A stretch of 64,000 bases of DNA, from positions 1,922,001-1,986,000 of the forward strand of contig BQFW01000004.1 in NCBI GenBank assembly GCA_020891255.1. Reading direction: 5' to 3'. The stretch is from Entomortierella parvispora E1425. Its lineage: Eukaryota > Fungi > Mortierellomycota. A program made the translations under genes and the position numbers. The notes beneath the pieces were generated by a model. It did not search any database, was not told where the DNA came from, and was given only the letters and a program-made list of their open reading frames with translations. Shown here in pieces: positions 22,001-34,400 of this stretch (position 1 is its first letter; each line of letters begins with the position of its first letter).

Positions 22001-25000
22001 GGACAGAAGGTCTTGGACAAGATGGAGCCTCTCTCCTTGGATTCTGAGGACGCTCGATTCCTTCTCAAGGATTGCTTGACTGAGCATATTCAGGATTGCA
22101 TTCAAAACCTGCAGAGATTCACAAGGTACTCTATGATGCGCATGTTGGTGGCAAACTGTCTTGAGTATTCTGTAGAATCTCCTCGACTAACCTCGTCAAC
22201 TTTTTTCAATAGTCCCGAAGATCTTGTCAGTCAAGCTCAGAAATTGGCAGACTTGCTTCAGTTGACCGACTCGACGGGCCGATTTGAGCTGTTGAGCTCG
22301 TTCTTCTTTGACAAGGATCATTGGTCCCCCATGTACCAGACTCTGGTGCAGAGTGGACCTCACCCGTCTCTGGCTATGGTGGATGCTGTCCTGGAGGCTC
22401 TTCAGTGTCAAGGAAAGCGCTTGGACGTTATCCGCAAAGACTCTCAACCCTCAATTGCTTACGACAGCTTTGGTCTCTCGGCCTATGGACGTTTGGCGCT
22501 GTTCACCCTGGAGTTGTTGAAGAAGGAGGGTGAAATGGTTTCACTGTTCCTGCAATATCCAGAAAAGATGACGTGGATCATGGATGAGCTTCTCAAAGTT
22601 CGACAGGGATGTTTGGACGCCTTCCAAACCCCATCATCCAACTCGGGCGTCTTTTACTCCACCAACCTGCATGCGGATGCCAACGACGTTGTCTTCAGGG
22701 CCTTGCTTCGTGATCTGAGCGCAATGGCCACCAGCTGGATTACACTCGCACTTGAGGATGGATGGGAGAACAAGATCATCGATGTTCTCTCCTCGGGACC
22801 CCAGGCTCAGTCTGTGGACGATGATGATGAAGAGGGGGGCTGTAGTCCTGCTTACTTTGCCAAGGCAGCCTTGGAGGATCAGGATGGAATTCAGGAGCGC
22901 ATCTTGGCCGAGTTGGTTCTTGTCCTGGCCAAATCTGACAATGCCGAAGTTACTCCAGGAAACGCAAAGGCTTGGTGTCAGCTTTTGAAGAGCGACTCTT
23001 GTATGTTTGAGCATTTGTCTTTTTCTTTTCATTTGTGAGAGTGCCTGTCGCTACATGTTGCGCTAACAATTTATTGCTGATCATCTTTTAGTGCCTTTGT
23101 CTTTGGCCGCTGGACTGGTGCGATCACTCAGAGCTCGACTCGAGAACACTGGCGATTTTGCCAACCTTGTGAACTACTGGGCAAGTGAACTGAGCGCTGC
23201 TAGACCATCTGAAGTTTCTACCCAAAATGCTCCCACTCTTCGCAGATTGACATTGTTGGTTGCCGCCCTTGAGCAGTCAACATCGGACGAGCCCTCGCCC
23301 ATTAGCATCCCACAGCACCGTGCCATGAACCTGTTGCAGTCTATTCGTCGTTGGATTTCAGATTCGGATGCGTTGCAGAACTTTGATGACCAAAATGGGC
23401 TTCTTGTTCATTCGTTGCTTCTCAAGCTTCTGGGAGCTTTGGCGACCCAGGTTCAAGAGCTTCCTGGCGCTCACTGGGAGATGATGTTTGGATACATCGG
23501 CTCTGTGCTGAGCGGATTGGGCGAATCGTCATTGACTGCACTTGAAATCATTGTCCTGGAGCGGGCCTCTGCTCTGACATCTCAGCTCATCTACTTGGGT
23601 GAGGAAGAGGACGATATCACGACTGTGTGGGAAGATCACAGCGAGGGTATTTTGGTCGCGTCCATGCGTCTCCTTGGGCGCGATGATACGACCCTTCAAA
23701 AGATGGACCGACCCGTTCGTCGGTACATGGAGAGTCTTGCTCAAGTCTGTGGATACGCTCCCGACCGCCTGTTGCTTTCTCATGGATCCGTAGCGGAACA
23801 GTGCCGACTTTTGAAGGAGCCTTTGACGGCGGTTCAGATGTTGGCTTACAAGCAACTGCAAACCATCCTGATCGAGCAGGTCCAGGAACTCTCTATCCAG
23901 ATGGAAATCAAGGCACCTACTAGTCCCTCGTTGAACCAGGAGGACGACGACGAGACGATGGACAAGGCTGCAGAAGTCGATGACAAGATGACAACACCAA
24001 AGTTCCCTTCCTCGCTCTGGGCTATCATCTCGAACCCTCCCCGTGGATTCCCTGCCATGGATGTGAATGTCGATGCTGATGACGAGATGAACTTGCAAGA
24101 AGAGTTTTCGCTGCTGGCACTGCATCACGGTCAGGACGAGGATGAGGAAGAATACGGCATTGGCGGAGGAGTGGCTGCAAAGACAGAGAAGGTCGTCTCC
24201 CACTCTGTTTTGGGTTACCTATTGGCCTGGAAGCTGGCTTTTGGCGTCTTTGAGAACACAGTAAGTCCCTAGCTGCCATGTAACTTTTTTTAATGTTTTA
24301 TTTGTTTATTCATGAATATTGACTGAATAACACGATATTACTCCTCTAGACCTATACCGTCAAGTCTTTGTTGGTCGAACAGTTGAGAGCCTCCTCTACT
24401 ATGGATGACTTGCTTCCATACCTGTTCCATTTGCTTGGAATCCAGGGAGCCTCGTCTCTTTTGACTAGCGACTCTAATACCAACCAGGTCCTTTCTACTG
24501 GGTCTGGCAGCGATGCCGCTGCACCACTTCAACCATTTGACCTCGGTCGCTGGGATATCACAGACTACCAGATCACTGGCTTTGACCTGTCTTCGCCCGA
24601 GATTGGATTCCCATTGTTGGCTGCTCATCTTTACTATACCTGTCTAGGCAATGTGCCCTCCCTTGTCCGGATATGGTGGACAGAGTGCAAGCTCCGACAG
24701 CTGAGCATTTCGGTCGAGTCGTTGACCGAGAGATACTTCTCGCCCCTTTTGATTTCTCGGGAGCTTTCCTCCCTTGCCAAGGCTCAGCAGGCCCCCGCCC
24801 CAGGCGGCCAGGCCGCGGCTGCGGCTGCGTTGTCGGGCGTTGCGGACGAATTGAAGGAACTTCAGATCAAGACCTCCAAGGTGGCTTCAGAAGTGTCGGC
24901 GTCGTTCCAGATTGATGAAGCCACGATGGAGATTGTCATCCGTTTGCCTTCCAACTTCCCGCTGCGTCAAGTCGAGGTGGAGGGACTGCAGCGCGTGGGT

Positions 25001-25288
25001 GTGAAGGAGGCCCGCTGGCGAGCGTGGTTGTTGGCGGTCGCGGGAGTGATTGCCGCCCAGAACGGATCGCTGATTGATGCGCTGTCGTTGTTCAAGAAGA
25101 ATGTGGGACTTCACTTTGAAGGTGTGGACGATTGTACGATTTGTTACTCGATTGTCTCCCTTCAGGACCGTTCCTTGCCCAGCAAGACCTGCAAGACCTG
25201 CAAGAAGCGTTTCCATGCCTCTTGTCTGTACAAGTGGTTCAAGACTTCCAACTCTTCGAGCTGTCCTCTTTGCAGAACGTTGTGGTGA
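19031..25288 (+). CDS. LTN1: E3 ubiquitin-protein ligase listerin (ribosome quality control), multi-exon
   Basis: N-terminus MPPKTTPRVKGNVRAANS-SRAAEL (intron 19087-19168), then KRLMSKRDTTTKVRALEDL..LYIKLTTDVDRRVR, HEAT-like body, RWD region IRLPSNFPLRQVEVEG, and C-terminal RING CTICYSI..CKTCKKRFHASCLYKWFKTSNSSSCPLCR. Confidence 0.96.
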
Positions 25289-25358
25289 TGACAAGGACGG
25301 TCAAGATAATGATGAAGACTCGATGCATTCAATAAATAATATTATATTACAATACAGA

Positions 25359-27303
25359 TTATCTTTCTAAATTCATCTCGGAAGATTCGTCTTTGCTCAA
25401 TCGAAGGTCAGTCAAGAAACGGAACTTGTGCAAAAGATGAATGCGCCAAGGTTCCAAAGTATCTTTGTTGCTTGTATTCGGATATAGATAGGATTGTTTG
25501 AGGGTGAGCCGGTTCAAAACAGGGGTCGCTCAGTGATACAATAATTCTCCATCGGCTGTCGTCTGACTTCCAGAGAACCCACCAAAGAGGTCGAGCATCC
25601 TTGGCGATGATTGTCCACATCATCGTAATTACTATCATCCTTCCATGCAGCAGCATCTTGGCGACCGAGTCCATTAAAAAGCGCCAGGTCCATGAAAGCT
25701 TCCCGTAGTTCCAGATCCTCGAGTCGAGGCAACATCAACAAAAGGGCGCGCATAGAGTCCAAAGAGGATGTGCCTTGTCCTTTGGTTTGTGTAGAATCCA
25801 GCACAATTCTCATGGAAAGTCTCTTCAGGGTTCGGGACCAAGGCAACATAGCCGCCACCTGTCGCTGAATGTGCGGTTCCAAAGTGAGAGTCCATTCTGA
25901 ACAAGGGATCTCTGGCTTCAAAATGGACTGGACGAGTTTGACCAAATCCTGTCGTGTGTCTGTTAATTGCAAATTTTCCATCTCTGCGACTACGCTGCTG
26001 GTCAAGACCGTGCGAACCCATGGCAGGCCATCCCCCTTGAGGTAAAGGGACTGTGTCAACACGGCGTGTTGGCAAAGGAATGACAACAGCCCATCGTTGG
26101 AATTCATCGAGGGATCAAATAAGGCCAACCCGAAAACCCGAAGACGGGTTGGCCTTTGGAGCCAATACTGCATCAGTCGTGAATCCTGGAGTCCACTGAT
26201 AGTGGAAAAGAAAATGTTCAGGAATTCCAGTCGCGGGAATGGATCAAAGAGCGTAAGGTCGACACCCGCTTTTGATCCTGACCAGTCAATGCTGCTACCC
26301 GTATTAGGGAAAAGACGCCCATCCAGAGCAGGTTCACAGAAATCCTCTAGTTCTGCTAGAGTTAAGGACTTGATGTTTGGAAACAGGGCCATGACGACCA
26401 GTTTGGTCTCGAGATCCAGTCCGCAGCTGATGTCCAGAGATCTGACCCGTGGCGCAATCCTAACAGGTCGTTTCTCCTTGTTCTCATCATGGTTATCGTC
26501 GTCGGTGCAGTCGAAAAAGATTGTGAAGTATTTCAATTTGAGGACTTCCAGTGCCTCTAGATTGCAAACGCAGTCTCTCAACACCGTCCAGTTGACCGTC
26601 CATGGCATGTTTGCAGAGCACAAGATGGTGAGGGACTGCAAGGTCTTGGCGGCACAGCTGCCTCCAAGTCGAGTTAGGAAACGATCCAACTCCAATGAAG
26701 TCTGTACCCCGCTTACAACCCTCAGTGTTTGTAGTTTGGAAAGCAGTGGTCCCTCCAATGGAAAAATATCCCAGTAGCTCAAAAAGTGATTCTTTCCCAC
26801 CGTCCCCGTTTCTTTCATCATATTGAAGCGGACGTGTGGGTATATCATCATGACCTGTCAAGTTGACCCAGGAGGTCCTGGCAGGACTGACCACTTTCTG
26901 GATCACACCACCTGTGCGTCCCGGGGCATCCTCCAAGCGGACCTTCTTCAGGTTATGGCAGCAGTTCAGGGCCGAGGCGAGACTAAAATCGTTTGGAATC
27001 TCGGTGGACCAACGCATGTCTTGACCAAGGTAGAGGCACCTGATTCGATCCCACGCGCTTTTTGATTCCACGCCATTGTGGGCCATATCGAGCAGAGAGT
27101 CGAGGTAAGGAAGACGGCATTCATTGATCACTTTGAGAGCAAAGGAGAGGTAAGGGGTCGCTTTGGTGGAAGAAGAACCGGTTGACAAGTCGCACGGCGC
27201 GAAGAGTTTTAAAGTCCAGAAACGAAAGAATGATGTGGACGAGTTCGGGAATGCCAAAGACGGTCGTCCACGCGTCTTGCTTTCCAAACATTGTCGTTGC
27301 CAT
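25359..27303 (-). pseudogene. F-box/LRR-like gene broken by about three frameshifts (probable pseudogene, or assembly indels)
   Basis: The F-box (VFGIPELVHIILSFLDFKTLRAVRLVNRFF) stops at 27121, and the coding-like sequence resumes in another frame at ~27160. A second frame switch lies near 26860. A third lies at CTGTTTTGAAC (~25515), beyond which NRLTL..WRIHLLHKFRFLTDLRL runs to TAA at 25359. Confidence 0.7.
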
Positions 27304-27782
27304 GACTCTCTGTCCAGAATGTGCGTAGGCGAGAGAAATGAATGAATGAATGAAGAGATGGGCAATGACAGATGCGAATGAAACTGCGGACACGGCGCGG
27401 CGCCTTGTACTGTAGTCGAAAAAAAAACACGTGAGGCATGCGAGGTATTGCGCGCCTCAGGCGCGTCGCTTACGCGAATGGCGACCCAACATGCTCACCT
27501 TGGACCATGTTGAAAAAAGTCCTCTCGGGCTCTACAATCCCCAACAAGAACGGTAATCATGCATTCCGCCTGCTTTACTCGCTTACACACTGCCAGTTCC
27601 CCTCGCCGAGGAAACATGGCACAGACCTCACCTTTTCGTTTTTTTTTTTGGTCGAGGCTTGGAGGAAAAGCGGGCATTTTTTTTTTCTTTTTTCTTTTGG
27701 ATATTCCCAGCTATCCTCTTTGATTCTGAGAGAGAGGAAAGAACAAATGGTACATATTTATTGATAAAAAAACAAAAGGCAT

Positions 27783-30203
27783 TCAAACTTTCGAGCTGGC
27801 GGCAGTAGGGGTGTCGGCGTCTCTGGATTCAACAGCTGGGATATCTACAACGACAGAAACTGGCGACTCGTGACTTTTAGTAGCCGATGAAGACTCTGCC
27901 ACTGCACTCTGGATCTCGCCTGGCTCCTTTTGATCCGAATCTGCTGGGGATGCCACAGGTGCTGTGCTAGCGGAAGGGGCAGTAGGAGAGGGGACCGGGG
28001 CAGGAGCAGGGACTGAAACCACAACGGGCCCGTTTCCACTTCTGTCTGAACCCGCGCGCGATACGGGTCGGGATAGATCTCGCACAGAGGAGGGTGTTGG
28101 CGGCGCTGTCGAGACTCCACGGGGGGTGATCAACTGCAACGGAACCTGTCCATGCTCATCCAACTCGACCAGTCGACGACTGGGAAGAGCGCCTGAAACG
28201 ACTGAGCTTGTTCTGGCCAGGGGCTGGACCGTTGGACCAGGCAGAGGTCGTGGTGGCCGTCCTCGCAGTCGATCACCGATAGAACCAAAGAAATGTCCAA
28301 CACGATCGATATAACTCGTTCCATTATGACCACGGAGCGTCCTGGCGGCGATCCAGTCGGGTCCCATCACAAACTCAATCAAACGGTCGTTCGGGACAAC
28401 AACGTTGGCGTCCTCGCCTCGTCCCTCCACCTCCTCTACGGTGGGTGGTAAGCAATCGAATTTACACAATGGACACGTTGAGCTCTTTCGAGTCAGCCAA
28501 GGATCTAGAAATTGGCAAATTACAAAAAAAAACAAAGTTAGAAACAAAAAACATCGGCGCCTCCGTGCTGTCAAGAGAAAGCACGGTGGAGGAAAAGATG
28601 AACTTACCGATACACTCGCAATGGAACTCGTGGCGACAGGGCAGCAATCGAATCTCTTCGCCAGCCTCAAAGTCATCCAGACACACGGCGCAAGTATCGC
28701 TTGTTACTTCATCCAAAGGAGCAGCTGCGACCGGTGCAGGGACAGTTTCAATATCATCTGTGGACTCGGCCAGTGCCATGGCTTTTGCTGATCGGATGGA
28801 ACGGGTTGAACGAATGGAGCGAGTTGACTTTCCAGATATGGAACCCTTGTGTGAGTTGGACCTGGACAAGTTCGAGGGCCCTGCCGCGGCTGTCTCAGCG
28901 TTGGCAGTCTGGGATGCAGCACCTGCCCGAGAATCAGCAGAAGGAACGCGGTCCTGTCCGTAGACTCTAACTGGTAGGCTGTCCAGAACAGATTTGTCGA
29001 GAGTCACCTTTCGCATGCGAATCGTGCCATTGGGTAATACATCGGCTCCTCTGGCCAAAGCATCCATGCGAACACGCTGGCGCAGGGCGTAAAGGCGGCA
29101 ATGCAGAATCGCTAGAGTATAGCACACAAAGGAAAAGGCATTCAATATTGGCGTATTGGGGGTTTACAAAAGGCTCCAATGGCAACGGCTAAAGCAAGGC
29201 GAGCCACACTTACCAGAGATGGTGCACGAGATTGCAAGCAAAACAACGACCAAAATCAGAATAAACTCCCAAACGACCGACATTTTCTTGTCCAGACTCA
29301 TGTTGACTTTGACTCGGTTGCCATAGTCGACCCCGCCGTTATAATCCTGTTGCAACATGGTGTAGAGGGTGTTTCCATCCACGTTGGAAATCAAAAAGGC
29401 AGGGATGTCGAGTGGAGGGTCGTTCTTATCCAAGGCTGCGGTCGCATCGTTGATAGCGGAATTGCTGGGGTCGTTGTAGACGATGACACCAATCGAGTTA
29501 TTGGCCTGGGCCTGCAGGATCTTTTGCCGAAAGGTACAGGCGACATTTGTAGGGGATCCACGCTGGATCAAGGCAATTCTCGGCAATCCATATAAGTTGG
29601 GCAGGGGCAAGGTGTCATTGTCCGCATGAGGCGAACAAGCGTAGCCCATCGAGAAGAGGATGCCCTAAATGTGGCGCAGATAGGTTAGTACCTGACTAAT
29701 ATCCAATGCCAACGTGTTCAAACACTGTCGGTTGGCCCTGTTGTTGTAGATGCTGTGCACAAGGGTTAAATAATACACGAAGCATATTGTTGTGATTGCG
29801 GACAAAGTGGGTGTCAAGTGTCATTTTGCGCAAGCAGGAGGCAAGACCGGGGGAGCCTCTGAAAAACACTGCTTTGTCCTTCAAATCATTGTGGACGACA
29901 GAAGGGGAGATAAGAAGACTGAGAAAGACATACCGAAATGCCACCTTTGGGGATATCTCCTGTGGAACCAATGAGGCCCGAGAGGATGGTGCCTCCTGGG
30001 GTGTTGATCTGTAGGCTACCGATAGTCGGGGTGGAGTTGGCGTCAATATGTACCCCGTCGAAGCTGAGTTGGGAGACTGAGCTACCAAAGATGTTTGCTT
30101 CGACTAGAGTGGTTGAGCAGGCGAGCAGCAGGAGGAGGAGAGAGCCGAGGACGTGGAATGCATGCCCGAGGGAAGTCGACGGCAAGGGGCTGTGGCGGGA
30201 CAT
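27783..30203 (-). CDS. PA-TM-RING E3 ubiquitin ligase (RNF13/RNF167/GRAIL-like); exons 30203-29934, 29665-29214, 29111-28608, 28504-27783
   Basis: Signal-like N-terminus, PA domain (IALIQRG..CTFRQKILQAQ..GVIVYN), one TM helix, and RING-H2 CAVCLDDF..LLPCRHEFHCECIDPWL..CPLC assembled across an intron. Confidence 0.92.
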
Positions 30204-30540
30204 GGCCACGGGTGGCAAGAGAGGGGGAATTGGGGGATTAAAGGCGGAAAAGGACGAGAGACGAAGGTACAGTAGGGACAAAGGATGGATGAAGGGAGGG
30301 GAGGGTATATCAAAGGGGAAGGGTATAGCTTGTTTCTACAGCGGTATCGAAGGGGCTGACGAGACAGTCAGTCGGCCAACTGTCGAGCAACAACCAGAGG
30401 ATGAGCAAGGGGCAGGTTGGGAATGAAAAAGAGAGGAATGAATGCGGAGAAAAGAAGAGGAAGAAGAGATGAGCTCCTCGGGGGTCATGAAGCGATGGAG
30501 GGAATGTGGGGAAAGGAAAGGAACAACGCAAGGAGGAGAG

Positions 30541-31302
30541 AACGAACGAACGAACGAACGAACGAACGAACGAACGAACGGACAGGACAGGACAGGACAG
30601 GACAGGCGACCGGATGGACGGCAGTCGGGGAAGATGAGAGCCGTGGAGCAACGCTGTGAAAGAGGGTCGCGACAGGAAAAAGTGCGGGGGAGTTCTTTTT
30701 TTTTTTTTTCTTCTTTCTTTTTTTTTCCTCTTTTCTGTTTGCTCCTGTTTCGATAGTGCGACAGTGCAAGCCACAAGCCAAGAGCGAGCTGTGAAGATGA
30801 GCAAGGGTGTTGCGATAGGTGGAAGAGAAGAGAAGAGAAGCAAAGAGTGAGAGACGGAAGAAGGAAGAAGTCAGGCACAGAAGAAGCACGGCGGGGCGCC
30901 TGTGCATGCAACAGATGTGCAGTGTGCAGTGTGCAGTGTGCAGTGTGCAGTGTGATTGATTGTGCAGTGTGCAAAGAAAGAGACGAGAGAGAGAGAGAAC
31001 GAGAACGAGACAGCCCACAGACACGGATGACTTCATCCTATCGTCTATTTTCAAGTGTGTTCCTTCGAATCCAAAAATTCATATCCGTTCATTATTCATA
31101 TTCATTTCACAATCACCAGCTCACACCACACGCACACGCACACAGAACACAGTTCACTGCACACCGTTCACTGCACACAAATCACTGCACGTCGCTCTGT
31201 CCTCCCCCCTCCACGTTGCGTCTCTTTTCTCTTCTTTTTTTTTTTTTTTTTATTCCTGTCATCCTGTCATCCTGTCATCCTGTCATCCCGTCATCCCGTC
31301 TC
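30541..31302. repeat. Microsatellite arrays: (AACG)10 30541-30580, (GACAG)n 30581-30605, (TGTGCAG)5 30916-30950, (TCCTGTCA)n ~31254-31302, plus polyT tracts
   Basis: Directly visible in the divergent promoter between the PA-RING gene and SEC7. Confidence 0.9.
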
Positions 31303-31405
31303 CTTTCCTCTCCCTTCCCTTTCTTACTTCCATCTCTCTCTCCTCTAGTCATCTCCTCCTCTTCATTCCCCTCCTTCCTCTTCCTCCGAATTCCCCTTCC
31401 TATCC

Positions 31406-34400
31406 ATGTCGAGCCTTGAACTCGCCCTCCAGCGACTAAGGGACGACGCAAACTCGCGGAAGGACAAGGACATCTACGATGCCGCCAAGAATGCTCTCGA
31501 GCATCTCCAGGCCATAAGGCTGGCCTCTGCATCCTCCATCCCCAACCAGCGTCGCCAGAGCACCAGCCAGGGTACCCCTCCTCTCAGCAGCATTGACGAA
31601 TCCAGAGGCTCATCCACCCCTGACCATCCCTCTGTCATTAGCAAGGTGTCCTCCTCGACGGACATTGTCGAATCGCTCGATGCAGAGGAATACTGGCCGG
31701 TCTTCAAGCTTGCATTGGCTCCTACTGCTTCACCAAAGGTCAAGATCGCGGCCTTGCATTCGCTCAACAACTTCATCGCCCATGGGCGTCTTGTTGGCGA
31801 CACGCCCTTGACGCTCCCACCCGCGACAAAGCCCACGCCTGTGCCCGCGGCTGCCGTTGGCCGCCCAAAGTTTGCAGCCTTCAGCGAAGTCAATGACCTC
31901 AGCCATATCGACTGCTCCGATCCAACAGACCACCTCGTCCCCAACCTGCCCGGCGCCAATACCATCGGCCCGGACCATTATCCGTCGCCACCACGGTTAA
32001 TTGACGAGATTGTGCATACCATCTGCATGACCTACCGTGGTCCAAGTAGCACCGAAGCCGATGTTCAACTGCAGATCGCAAAGGTAAACAGATTGTGAAC
32101 ATAATGGGAAGAAGGAACCCAGCACTGGACCCATGCCAATCTGTACTAACTGACCTGTCGGTCCTCCCGGTTCTAATGGCAATTCAACGGATGACAGATC
32201 CTTCTCACGCTCGTCACGTCAACAACCTGCCATGTGCATCATGCGACACTGCTCAAGATCATTCAGACAAGCTGCAACATCTTTTGCTGGGCAAAGACAC
32301 CCATCTTGCAGGCGACGGCCAAGGCTGGACTCACACAGATGGTCAACTTGGTCATCTCAAAGATGGAAACAGATGCGCACACGCTGAGAGATATTGAAAA
32401 GTTGCTCAAGAAAAACTCGATTGTCGTACAGCGCCAAGGGCTGGACTCGGAAGAGCTGGACACAGAAACCCTCACGGAACAACTGGACTCAGAGACGACA
32501 ACAGAGCTCGTGATTGAGCAGCAAGAAGGCGAACCTGAGCAAGTCACCGTGATCACAGAACACGTTCAGGAGCAACCAGCAGAAGATCAGGACCAGGACC
32601 AGGATCAACACCAGGACCAGGAACAAGCACAAGAGCAGGCGGCCAACACCGAGGCTGTTGAACCCAAAGACATTCCTCTGCCTCCCTCGCCCGTTATCGA
32701 GAGAAGTCCAATGGCTGCGGTCGCACAGCCCGAGCCACCAAAACCAAAGGAGCTGACGCCACACGAGGCTGCTCTAGCCGCTTGTCGACTCTCCAGACAG
32801 GATGCTTACCTGACTTTCCGTCTCCTCTGCAAGCTCTCGCTGCGCGCCGACATTGCCCCAAACAATGCTCAACAGGAGGAGCTGTCGATTCGTGGCCGTG
32901 CCCTTGTTCTGGAGCTTATTCTCTCCATGATGAACAACTCGGGACCCGTCTTCCAATCTGACAACCTCTTTGTCAGCGCTGTCCGCCAGTACCTGTGCGT
33001 GTCTTTGTCCCAGAACGGTGTCTCGGCCAACGAGACCCTCTTTGAGTTCTCGCTCTCGCTCTTCCTCACGGTCTTGCGCTACTACCGCACTCAGCTTAAA
33101 GCAGAGGTTGAGGTTCTGTTCAACGAGTTTTACTTGAAGTTCCTCGACATGTCCAACGCCACTTTGCGCCAAAAGGAAATGGTCCTCCAGGGATTGCACA
33201 AGATCTGCTCCAACCCTCAGACCATTGTCGATATCTACCTCAACTTTGACTGCGATATTTCAATGGCCTCCGTTTTTGAGCACATTGTCAACTCTCTCTC
33301 GCGCATTGCTCAGGGTCGTGGAAAGGTCAATGCCTCGACTACTGTTGGAAACATGATGGGCAAGCAGCTCCTGTTAAACGAGAAGGATGCTTGGGCGCTT
33401 ATTCAGGATCGACGTCTCGCTGTCCAGGGTCTGAAATGCATGGTGTCTGTTCTAGATTCACTTGTTGACTGGTCCAAGGATGTAGGCTCCGTTCTTAACT
33501 TGCCCGAGGCCGTCAATGCAGCTGTGAATGCTTCTACAAATGGACATGCCCGCGATGCTTCGGCCGACCATGTCTCGACTGTCGTCACTCCTGCCTCGCC
33601 TCAGAACGAGACTACCAGCAGCGACAGCGCCTCTGGATCGCCTCTTTCCCCAGCCCGGTAAGTATCGCATACAGAGTTGTCTTGGCCTCCAGCTGCATTA
33701 TATATCCTAGTTCATATACTAACAAGCTCCTCAACAAATGATGAACCGATAGATCCAATGCACACTACAACAAGATGGCTCATCCCGTCATCGTCTCCAA
33801 AAACCCACTCCTAGCCATGTCGATGCGTACCCAGCAGACTTCCAACTCCAACTCCAACTTGTCCTCGACTTCGATCAACACTATCGGATCTGGTGAATCT
33901 CTCGGCGATGACCACCCCGCAGAGTTTGAGGAGATCATGACCCGAAAGCAGCTTTTCTTGAAGGGTGTCAAGCTCTTCAACACCAAGCCTATCAAGGGTG
34001 TCGACTTTTTTATTAAGCAGGGATTTGTTCAGGACGATGTTCAGGCCATTGCTGCCTACTTGATGAACACCCCAAGTCTGGACAAGGCTGCCATTGGAGA
34101 GTACATTGGAGAAGTACAGGAAAAGGCTGTCAAGGTCATGCACGCTTTTGTGGACAGACTCGACTTCACTGGTGTGGGCTATGTCGATTCGCTACGCATG
34201 TTCTTGCAGCAGTTCCGTCTCCCAGGAGAATCTCAAAAGATTGATCGATTGCTGGAAAAGTTTGCAGACCGCTACTGTGAGACGAACCCCAAGGTCTTTG
34301 CCAACGCCGATACCGCCTTTATTCTTGCCTTTTCGGTCATCATGCTGAACACGGATCAGCATTCAGGAAGCGTCAAGAAGAGAATGCAAGTGTCCGATTT

